Translations under genes and position numbers: made by a program
The notes under the pieces: generated by a model
The model's database searches: none
What the model was told of the DNA's origin: nothing
What the model saw: only the letters and a program-made list of their open reading frames with translations
Part shown: piece by piece, positions 56,123 through 64,000 of the stretch
Layout of the letters: the number at the start of each line of letters is the position of its first letter
How positions within the stretch are numbered: the first letter of the stretch is position 1
Origin: a virus
Reading direction: 5' to 3' (one strand)
IMG/VR virus record: IMGVR_UViG_2574179724_000002
Length of the DNA: 64,000 nucleotides

Positions 56123-56441
56123 TATGACTGAAAGAATTACTTTTTTCAGTCTAAAGCCAGGTGTAATAAACGGAGTCCCGACTAATAATGTTAAAACAGA
56201 TGAATTTACCTGTTGGGCGGAGGTTGCTAAGCTACCATACCGTGAATTTGTCAATAGCTCAACAGAGGTTGGTTATCGGAAAGAAACGCCTGTTTTTATC
56301 ATAGCTTTTAAGCAAAAAAAAGAGATTCAAACAAATTGGCGAATACGTTGGAGAAATAAGGAATACGAAATCATTTCGATGGATCCAGACTATAAGACAA
56401 AAGATACGAATCAGATTGCGGGGAGAGTGATTAAATCATGA
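56109..56441 (+). CDS. Head closure protein
   Basis: MTERITF, FTCWAEV, YEIISMDPD. Confidence 0.85.
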   Translation: MKLTNMTERITFFSLKPGVINGVPTNNVKTDEFTCWAEVAKLPYREFVNSSTEVGYRKETPVFIIAFKQKKEIQTNWRIRWRNKEYEIISMDPDYKTKDTNQIAGRVIKS

Positions 56442-56812
56442 GCATTACTGGTGAAGCTGAAATGCTTCTTGCTGTTACTCAATTAACCGAGGGATATGAT
56501 AGACGGGCCCGCAAAGCAGTTCGAAGTGGTGCCCAAATGTTTGCAGAAAAACTAAAAGCAGATACTCCAGTTTCTGAGGAAGATCATAGTGGACTAGGTC
56601 CATTAGCTGATCATATCAAAACCGGAAGTGTTTCAATTAAAACAGGTGATTATTCTGTGGACATTGGGTATGACACTGCTAAAGGTCGGATTGCTCACTT
56701 TCCTAACAGCGGAACGTCTAAACAGTCGCCACAGCATTTTATTGAAAAAACACAAAGCGAGATGCGAGAACCTGTTCTTGCTGAATTCATTAAAGATTTG
56801 AAGGTGAATTAA
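56438..56812 (+). CDS. HK97 gp10-like protein
   Basis: LKADTPV, AHFPNSGTSKQSPQHFIEKT. Confidence 0.88.
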   Translation: MSITGEAEMLLAVTQLTEGYDRRARKAVRSGAQMFAEKLKADTPVSEEDHSGLGPLADHIKTGSVSIKTGDYSVDIGYDTAKGRIAHFPNSGTSKQSPQHFIEKTQSEMREPVLAEFIKDLKVN

Positions 56813-57216
56813 TGTCTTTGCCGGAAAGTATTATTTACAATTTATTGGCTAACAACCAACAAATTGTAAATTTATTAAATGATATCAGAGGTGAACCAAC
56901 GGATTTTCCTTATATTTTTATAGGGCAACCCAACGATACATTTACAATCTCAGATAATGCACCTTGGATAAGGATCACTCTAATACCCGATGATACAGCG
57001 TTGTATGCTGACGATGAACGGGTTATGCAGAAATATCGTGTCCAAGTAGACTTTTGGATTAATAAAACGGATTTGACTAACTTAGAAAAATTAGAGAGCT
57101 TAATTTATGAAATCCTTCATATTAATGGGATTGAGAGATATTATCGTAACCATGAACCAGACGCAGATATCGAAACATTAGAAATGGTTCAAGGAAATTT
57201 TGAAGGCTTTGCTTAA
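56812..57216 (+). CDS. Tail terminator (DUF806-like)
   Basis: APWIRIT, YADD...RVQVDFW. Confidence 0.8.
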   Translation: MSLPESIIYNLLANNQQIVNLLNDIRGEPTDFPYIFIGQPNDTFTISDNAPWIRITLIPDDTALYADDERVMQKYRVQVDFWINKTDLTNLEKLESLIYEILHINGIERYYRNHEPDADIETLEMVQGNFEGFA

Positions 57217-57254
57217 AGCCTATTTTTTATGCACAAAATCAAGGAGGAAACACA

Positions 57255-57851
57255 ATGGGATTAGTAAAATTTGGTGCTAGCAATTTTGAGTATGGTGTCG
57301 TTGATGACACTACCAGTTTAGTTGCTACACCACGAAAAGTTCCAGGACTTTCAAGCGTGAAAGTCGATTTAACTAATGATTTAAAAAAGATTGCTGCTGA
57401 TGATGGTCCTTATGCAGTTTTATCAGGTGGAATCACTGAAGCAAAAGAAACGATTGAGTTATATGACGTTGATTCTCAGATGAAGCAAGATTTATTCGGG
57501 ATCAAGGTGGTGAAAGGCGTTGAAGTTTATCCTAAGGATATGATAGCAGCTAATGTTGCTACTTTATTTAAGACAAAATTGTCAAACGGTAAAAACTGCT
57601 GGGTAGCCTTACTTAAAGGAATGTTTTCTTTACCAAGCGTAGATACTAAGACTGTCGATGGAACTCCAGATCCAAATGCCGATTCAATTGAAGGAGAATT
57701 CATGCCTCGAGGTGATCAAGAAAATGTTGTTTTGATTGGTCGAGAAGATAATTCTGATTTTGATTTGACACAATTTAGAAAATGGGTATTCCCATCTGAA
57801 GCTGGTGATTTATTGATTAGTGCTACAAATGGTGGAAATACTGGCTCGTAA
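57255..57851 (+). CDS. Major tail protein (phi13 family)
   Basis: VKFGASNFEYG, ADDGPY, WVALLKGMF. Confidence 0.9.
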   Translation: MGLVKFGASNFEYGVVDDTTSLVATPRKVPGLSSVKVDLTNDLKKIAADDGPYAVLSGGITEAKETIELYDVDSQMKQDLFGIKVVKGVEVYPKDMIAANVATLFKTKLSNGKNCWVALLKGMFSLPSVDTKTVDGTPDPNADSIEGEFMPRGDQENVVLIGREDNSDFDLTQFRKWVFPSEAGDLLISATNGGNTGS

Positions 57852-57950
57852 GGCGAATTCTAGAGTCTAGTTCGCTTTAAATTAATAGAGTCGCCTATGA
57901 AATACACAATAAACACGCAATGTGTTGGCGGCTAATATCAGGAGGAAATT

Positions 57951-58298
57951 ATGGCTTACGAAATAGAATTAGATGTTGGTGGAGAAAAGAAGAAATTTGT
58001 TCGAAATGAACCACCGATGTTACGAGAAATGACAAAAGCTCTGATAGTTCAGCAACAACAATTAAAAATGTATTCAAAAAACGACGGGCCAAATGAAGAT
58101 GATTTTAATAAAAACGAAAAAAACTTAGCAAATTTTGCGGTTTCTTTTTGGAAAAATCAATTTAAGGCCGATCAGTTTATTACAGGGTGTGACAAAAACA
58201 ACATGGACATTTTGAATTCAGCCATTGCTGATTCTTTGGGCGGAGGAAATGAAGACAGCCCAAAAAAATCACAGCCCAAGACATCGACAAAGCAATAG
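57951..58298 (+). CDS. Tail assembly chaperone (gpG-like)
   Basis: Between major tail and TMP; ends after A AAA AAA. Confidence 0.85.
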   Translation: MAYEIELDVGGEKKKFVRNEPPMLREMTKALIVQQQQLKMYSKNDGPNEDDFNKNEKNLANFAVSFWKNQFKADQFITGCDKNNMDILNSAIADSLGGGNEDSPKKSQPKTSTKQ

Positions 58299-58450
58299 AT
58301 GCGATTAATGAATTTTATAAAGCTCGGATGCAAGAGGGCTACAAATTGCAAGAAATTGATGTACTTACCAGTGATGATTTAGATCACTTAATTAGCATTT
58401 ATAAGGAGAAAGAAAAAACAATTGATCAAGCATTTCCTTGGCTATTTTAA
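58262..58450 (+). CDS. -1 frameshift extension of the chaperone (gpGT-like)
   Basis: Slippery A AAA AAA 58262-68; -1 frame KKITAQDIDKAIDAINEFYK...AFPWLF to TAA 58450. Confidence 0.8.
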   Translation, partial: KKITAQDIDKAIDAINEFYKARMQEGYKLQEIDVLTSDDLDHLISIYKEKEKTIDQAFPWLF

Positions 58451-58468
58451 TTATAAAGGGGGATTCAA

Positions 58469-61400
58469 ATGGCAAGTAGTTTAGGACATTTAGCCGCGAC
58501 AGTTAGTCTTAATATTGACCCTTTTAAGTCGTCTGCAACAGCTTTAAAAGCACAAATCAAATCGACGACATCTGCTTTAAAAGCTCAAGAGCAAGCTATT
58601 AAAGGATCAGGAAGCAGCTTGAATAGTATGAAGGCTGCATATTCTACAATGGGTTCACAGATGAAGAACTATGAGGCTCAATTAGAACGGCAAAAGTCGG
58701 CTTACGAGGGATTACGCAATCAAACTGCATCAACCGCTGCTGAACAAGAAAAATTAACGGCTCGTCAAGCGAATGCTGCTAATCAAGTAAACAAAACATC
58801 TGCCAACATGGAAACTTTGCGTAATCGAATGGGGACTTTGAATAAATCAATAACTTTACAAAGTTCGGGATGGTATTCAGCTCAGCAAAAAGTTGGCGCT
58901 TTCAGAGATGCCGCGGGTAGAGTAAGCAGTACGTTAACACCAATTGGCGATACTATGACTACACATGTTACAGCGCCGATTATAGCTGGATTCGGGTATG
59001 CAATTAAATCTGCTTCCGATTATGAATATCAATTGGCTGATGTGAAGAAAGAAGTGCAAGCGCAAGGATATTCAGCAAGCCAAGTTAATTCGATAATGAA
59101 ATCTCTGTCAAATGATACATTAGAATGGGCTCAAAAATATGGTGTTTCTACAAAAGAAATTAATGAAGGAATGTTTGAATTAGTTTCGAATGGCTATAAT
59201 GTTAAGCAGGCCATGGGGATGATGCCGGAACTTTTGAAGACAATGACGGCTAATAGTGATAAATCAGGGACTTCAATTAAACTAACATCTTCTTTACTTG
59301 AGCAATTTGGATTGAATCTAGGATCAAATAACAGGGTCATAAAAAATGGTAATTCAATTATGAATCAAATGACTGAAGCTACACATAAATCTGCAATGTC
59401 ATTGGAGGATCTTCAAACTATTTCTAGTAATGCAGGTGCTGCAATGCACGGGATGCATGTCAGCACAGCTGACTTTCTTGCTATATCAGGGAGGTTAGTG
59501 TCTGCTGGAATAGATGCTAGTTCAGTTGGTACGGGATTATCTAGTATGATGACTAGAATAGCAACTGGTACAGGTCAAGCGGCTGGAGATCTAAAAAAAT
59601 ACAATATAGCAATTTATGATTCACACCATAAAATGAGGAACATTTTAGATATTATGGGCAGCATGCAGAAAGCCTATAGAAAAATGAATGATGCTGAAAA
59701 ACAAAAATTCTTATATGATGTTATGGGTCAGCAAAACATGAAGGTTGGAGCTACTCTCATGGATGCTAATCTTGGAAGGTATCGCAACTTATCAAAAGAA
59801 ATTTCAAACTCTAATGGTACAGTTGATAAATATAATAAAACAATGCAACATACTTCAGAATTTACAATGCAGCAATTTAAAAGTAGCATTAATGCTCTTA
59901 GCATAGAAGTTGGTCAGAAATTATTGCCTACGTTTACACCGCTGATAAAACAAACTACAGGAGTTATTAAAGCATTCACTAAAATGGATAGTTCTACGCA
60001 GCAATCAATTATTAAATGGGGATTGCTTGCTGCAGCAGCCGGTCCTGTGATTGGAATATTGGGTAGATTTGCGGGTGCAGCGAGAGGCGTAGGAAGTGTT
60101 CTTTTCGGAACAATTGGTGCAATTAATAGAATGAGGTCAGCTGCAACGTTAGGCGGCAATGCAATGCAAATATTTAAGTCTGGTCTTTCTAAATCTGCGT
60201 TCGAAGCTGCAAGTTTTACTGGCGCTGCTGGAACTGCTGGTGGGGCAGCAACAGAGCTTGGTGCCGCTGGAGGAGAAGCTGCAGCTGGAATTAGTCTGTT
60301 AAATCCTGTTGTTTTAGGTGTCACAGCAACAGTTGTGGCCGGAGCAGCAGTATGGGAGATTTGGGGTAAAAAAGCTTATGAATCACAACAGAGAACTAAC
60401 AAGTGGGGTTCAGATGTTGGACAACAGGCTGACTCTGCACTAACTAAATTTCAAGGATTTAGCAGCAAAGCTGGAAGTTCACTAACTGATTTTGAAAAGG
60501 CTAGCCAAACTAGTACCAAGAGTGTTTCTAAAGATTTTAGCGATATGTATTCAGATATGCAAAAGGATTCTCAGAACACTATCTCTCAAATGAAAAAAGA
60601 TATGCAAGGGTTGCCAAGCTCAGTCCAAACAGATTTAAAGAAAGACGTTAAGCAGCGACAAAAATATAATGCAAAGGTTTTGTCGGATGCAAAAGAAAAT
60701 TATACCAATGCTGAAACAATTTTAAAGGCTCATAATGGCAAAATGTCCGATTTATCGGATACAGAAAGAGCTGCGCTACTAAACTATCAGCAGCAGATGA
60801 ATGAAGACGAAATTAAATTATTAAAACTTAGTGGAAGTAAAAAGAAGAACATTTTAGCTGCCTTGAATGGCGATATCAGTAATATGACACACAATCAGCG
60901 AAATACTACTATTAATGAACTAACTTCTTCAATGCAGAAAGAAAACAAACTATACAATGATCAGAAAGCTAAAATTGATTCAATGTATAGCAAAGGAGAA
61001 ATTTCTTCTAAGCAATATGCTCAAGCTTTAAAAGACTTGCAAACGGTTCATAAGTCTACAACTGATGGTATGGCAGCGGCAATCTTAAAACTTGATAAAG
61101 CAAACGGTGCTTCAAAATCACAGATTGAACAAGATTTGTTGAATGTGGGGTACACATATAAACAAGCTGCCGCTATTATTAAACAGCAAAATACCAATAT
61201 GGCTAATAGTACCTCACTAGTTGTAGCTGGTGTTTCAAACATGAGTGGCAAAGTAAAAACTGCTGCACAGACATGGAATAGCTTAGTCTTTGATCCTAAA
61301 ACAGGTAAAGTTAAAATTAATGCTCAGGATGAAGTTAATAAAGCTGTTCAAAGCAAAAATCAATGGAATCAGATTCAACTGCTTGAAAGAAAAGGCAAAA

Positions 61401-62581
61401 TGAGCAGTAATGCGAAAACTATGGTTGCGGACGCCTTAATCCAAACTGGCAAGTGGAATTCGCTCAGCTTTAAACAACAAAAAGCTTGGATTCAGTCAAA
61501 TGCCGGAACAGAAATTTATAAAGCATTATCTGCTAATGGAAAGTGGAATACTATGAGCTTCGCAGCAAAAGAAGCCGTGATTAATGCTAAAGGTTTACCA
61601 CAATTGGCAAATGCGATTGTGAAATACAATCTTTGGAATGACTTGCCAACTAAAGTCAAAGAACTTTTAGCTACTGATAAGACAGCTTCAGCTACATTGA
61701 AAAATGCTGGGATTAATGTTGACTCATATAATAGTAAGAACCCAAAGCATAAAGTACTAACCGGCGATTCGTCCAGCGTTGACAGTGCATCAAGCAAAGG
61801 TAAAAACTCGATTAATACTTTTAATAGCACTGCTCCGTTAGGCAAAAGATTTCAAGGTAATTCTTCAAGCGTGGATAGTGCATCATCAAGTGGCCGTAAC
61901 TCGGTCACAAGGTTTAGAGACACTTCACCTGGAGGGTCAAAAAGCTTACGAGCTAGAGATAATGCTTCAGGTCCTGCTTCGTCTGCTAGGAGTGCTGTTT
62001 TGCAATTCAGCTGGCTAGGGGATCATACAGTTACTCTGACGACAGTTAAAAGAACGGTACATGAGGTTGTTAATAAAGTTAGCTCATTTTTTGGAAACTT
62101 ATTCGCGACTGGTACTGAAGATGCTCCTGAAGGAATGGCTGTTTTGGGCGATGGCGGCAGAAATGAGCCATATTTAACTCCAAGCGGAAGCCTTGGAATT
62201 TCTCCAAATGTGCCTACTCCATATTATTTGGAAAGAGGTACGAGAGTATGGCCATCAATTCAAGCTTTCAAACAAGACATTCCACATTATGCTAATGGAA
62301 CATTGGGACATAACGGAGCTGTTAACACTTTGCTTGAAGCACGGCCGACTATTAGCAAAATGGCTGACACAAATGTTACTTTTAATAGTAATAATGCTGA
62401 TGTAGTTGCAGTTCTCCAACAACAAATGACATTGCAAAAATCGCAAATAGCTTTGCTTAGTCGTTTACTGAATGCAGCTACTAGTCCTAGTTCAACTCAA
62501 AATAATCGGAGTTTGATACGATCAATATCTCAGCAAATAAATTCGCTCAATGTTGATCAGAAAAGAGGTAGTTTAGCGTGA
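58469..62581 (+). CDS. Tape measure protein
   Basis: 1370 aa; LGHLAATVSLNIDPF, FATGT, VLGDGGRNE. Confidence 0.95.
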   Translation: MASSLGHLAATVSLNIDPFKSSATALKAQIKSTTSALKAQEQAIKGSGSSLNSMKAAYSTMGSQMKNYEAQLERQKSAYEGLRNQTASTAAEQEKLTARQANAANQVNKTSANMETLRNRMGTLNKSITLQSSGWYSAQQKVGAFRDAAGRVSSTLTPIGDTMTTHVTAPIIAGFGYAIKSASDYEYQLADVKKEVQAQGYSASQVNSIMKSLSNDTLEWAQKYGVSTKEINEGMFELVSNGYNVKQAMGMMPELLKTMTANSDKSGTSIKLTSSLLEQFGLNLGSNNRVIKNGNSIMNQMTEATHKSAMSLEDLQTISSNAGAAMHGMHVSTADFLAISGRLVSAGIDASSVGTGLSSMMTRIATGTGQAAGDLKKYNIAIYDSHHKMRNILDIMGSMQKAYRKMNDAEKQKFLYDVMGQQNMKVGATLMDANLGRYRNLSKEISNSNGTVDKYNKTMQHTSEFTMQQFKSSINALSIEVGQKLLPTFTPLIKQTTGVIKAFTKMDSSTQQSIIKWGLLAAAAGPVIGILGRFAGAARGVGSVLFGTIGAINRMRSAATLGGNAMQIFKSGLSKSAFEAASFTGAAGTAGGAATELGAAGGEAAAGISLLNPVVLGVTATVVAGAAVWEIWGKKAYESQQRTNKWGSDVGQQADSALTKFQGFSSKAGSSLTDFEKASQTSTKSVSKDFSDMYSDMQKDSQNTISQMKKDMQGLPSSVQTDLKKDVKQRQKYNAKVLSDAKENYTNAETILKAHNGKMSDLSDTERAALLNYQQQMNEDEIKLLKLSGSKKKNILAALNGDISNMTHNQRNTTINELTSSMQKENKLYNDQKAKIDSMYSKGEISSKQYAQALKDLQTVHKSTTDGMAAAILKLDKANGASKSQIEQDLLNVGYTYKQAAAIIKQQNTNMANSTSLVVAGVSNMSGKVKTAAQTWNSLVFDPKTGKVKINAQDEVNKAVQSKNQWNQIQLLERKGKMSSNAKTMVADALIQTGKWNSLSFKQQKAWIQSNAGTEIYKALSANGKWNTMSFAAKEAVINAKGLPQLANAIVKYNLWNDLPTKVKELLATDKTASATLKNAGINVDSYNSKNPKHKVLTGDSSSVDSASSKGKNSINTFNSTAPLGKRFQGNSSSVDSASSSGRNSVTRFRDTSPGGSKSLRARDNASGPASSARSAVLQFSWLGDHTVTLTTVKRTVHEVVNKVSSFFGNLFATGTEDAPEGMAVLGDGGRNEPYLTPSGSLGISPNVPTPYYLERGTRVWPSIQAFKQDIPHYANGTLGHNGAVNTLLEARPTISKMADTNVTFNSNNADVVAVLQQQMTLQKSQIALLSRLLNAATSPSSTQNNRSLIRSISQQINSLNVDQKRGSLA

Positions 62582-63294
62582 TAAGCACATTCGATTTTAA
62601 CGGTCATAACTCAAAAGAATTTAATATGTATATCAATGCTGAAATAAACATCTCAAGTTCACAGCCTGATTATTCAACAATCGAAGTTCCAGGACGCGAT
62701 GGTGATCTAATTTTGCCTAACAACAGATATAAGTCTTTTAGCCAGACTGTACCTGTTATTTTTTTAGGCAAATATAATGATACGATGTCAAAAATAGAAC
62801 AAGCTCGTAGATGGCTACTAAGTGATACTGGATTTCATGATTTTAAGTTATCGAGCGATTCTGGATATACGTATCGAGTGGCATATCTTGGGAATTTTGA
62901 AGTTAAAAAAGCGACTGACGAATTAAGTGCTGATTTAAGTTTTGAAATGATGCCTTACAAGTATCTTAACGGTGGCCTGAACAGTCAAACTATTTCGAGC
63001 GGGACTACCTTGACTAACTCAGGTAGTATTCCTGCTTTACCACTGTTAAAAATAACCGGCAGTGGTGATATAACGGTAACTCTAGGCAGCCAGATGGTTT
63101 CTTTAAAAGGCGTTGATACAGGTATTATTTTGGATTGCGATTCGCAATTGTGTACTAGCTTAGATGGAACAAGAACTCAATTTGATAAGTTATATAGCAA
63201 TTTCCCTAACTTACCGGTTGGAAATACAAAAATTAGCTGGTCGGGGACAGTTAGTGATTTTGAAATAACTCCGAGATGGAAGGTGAGAACGTGA
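62578..63294 (+). CDS. Distal tail protein (Dit)
   Basis: FDFNGHNS, EVPGRDGDL, ITPRWK. Confidence 0.88.
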   Translation: MISTFDFNGHNSKEFNMYINAEINISSSQPDYSTIEVPGRDGDLILPNNRYKSFSQTVPVIFLGKYNDTMSKIEQARRWLLSDTGFHDFKLSSDSGYTYRVAYLGNFEVKKATDELSADLSFEMMPYKYLNGGLNSQTISSGTTLTNSGSIPALPLLKITGSGDITVTLGSQMVSLKGVDTGIILDCDSQLCTSLDGTRTQFDKLYSNFPNLPVGNTKISWSGTVSDFEITPRWKVRT

Positions 63295-64000
63295 GCGTAC
63301 CGGTTTTATATGAAGCCAATACTACCAATTTCTTTAATAAGGGCTTGGGAACATTGCCAGATGCACTAACAGCTGTGGTGACGGAGGAGCGAAATGGAGA
63401 ATTTATTTTCGAGATGACCTATCCTGCTGACGGGGCTAGAGCAGATTTACTTGAAAATAATCGAATAATTAAAGTAGACGCTGGTCATGTTTTAATAGAT
63501 CAGCGTTTTGTTATCAAAAAAACTACTCCGCAAATGAGTGAAGATGGCAAAATTTACATTGATGTATATGCGGAACATATCTCCTATATCACTAATGATT
63601 TAGCATTAAAACCAAGCGTGACTGTTAGCGGATCAGCTAATGATGCAATGCAGCAATGGCAAAAAGCTATTATCGATAGCAATGAAATAACTGCTGATTC
63701 TGATATCACAACTAGCAATTCGACAGCTTGGACAATTGATAAGGTTCAGACTGCTCGCCAGGCTCTAGGTGGTGTTGATGGTTCGATTCTAGATGTGTGG
63801 GGCGGTGAATATCTTTTTGACAATCTCCATATTAGTTTAAAAAAGCAACGAGGAAGCTCGGCCAACGCTTTGCTAGCGTATGGTCGCAATATCACAAGTT
63901 TTCAACAAGAAGAAAATATTGAGAATACTTACACATCAATTTATCCTTATGCAACTTTAAATTCGTCAAGTGGAGATACTTCATCTCTCTATACAATTGA
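63291..64000 (+). CDS. Tail spike/endopeptidase (Tal), truncated by window end
   Basis: GTG start; VPVLYEAN, GLGTLPDA, VTEERNGEF, YGRNITSF. Confidence 0.85.
   Translation, partial: MSVPVLYEANTTNFFNKGLGTLPDALTAVVTEERNGEFIFEMTYPADGARADLLENNRIIKVDAGHVLIDQRFVIKKTTPQMSEDGKIYIDVYAEHISYITNDLALKPSVTVSGSANDAMQQWQKAIIDSNEITADSDITTSNSTAWTIDKVQTARQALGGVDGSILDVWGGEYLFDNLHISLKKQRGSSANALLAYGRNITSFQQEENIENTYTSIYPYATLNSSSGDTSSLYTI

Larger units (their letters stand above)
30915..64000 (+). mobile_element. Prophage 2 (cos-type, HK97-like siphophage), right part outside window
   Basis: att core, integrase, cI/cro, replication, HNH, P27 terminase, HK97 portal/protease/capsid, tail. Confidence 0.93.

Overview
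The window is entirely prophage DNA, most likely from a Lactobacillaceae host (AT-rich, Firmicutes siphophage gene families). It holds two unrelated temperate siphophages in tandem with no host gene between them. Prophage 1 (<1-30928) is pac-type and SPP1/TP901-1-like: primase-SF3 helicase replication, PBSX terminase, SPP1 portal, MuF head protein, tail, GH25-LysM lysin, and YfbU/YjcQ cargo. Prophage 2 (30915->64000) is cos-type and HK97-like: tyrosine integrase, cI/cro switch, DnaD-type initiator, P27 terminase, HK97 capsid and tail. The junction is a core-type att site (AAGGAGA-CCTGTAC-TCTCCTT) matching the tRNA-Ser 3' end that I recall as the target of Lactobacillus phage mv4. Best leads: (1) an ABC-ATPase/TOPRIM nuclease plus Dam-family methylase operon between integrase and repressor, a candidate defence system; (2) a ~370-nt densely base-paired non-coding region at the start of the late transcript; (3) a Dam-fold protein lacking its catalytic motif, inserted between portal and prohead protease; (4) a near-identical Ig-domain module joined by the same -1 frameshift context to two unrelated capsid genes; (5) a MuF-metallopeptidase toxin with a coupled candidate immunity gene. 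Three frame-breaking lesions are visible and could be real decay or assembly errors. All family assignments come from motif recognition by eye, not database searches.
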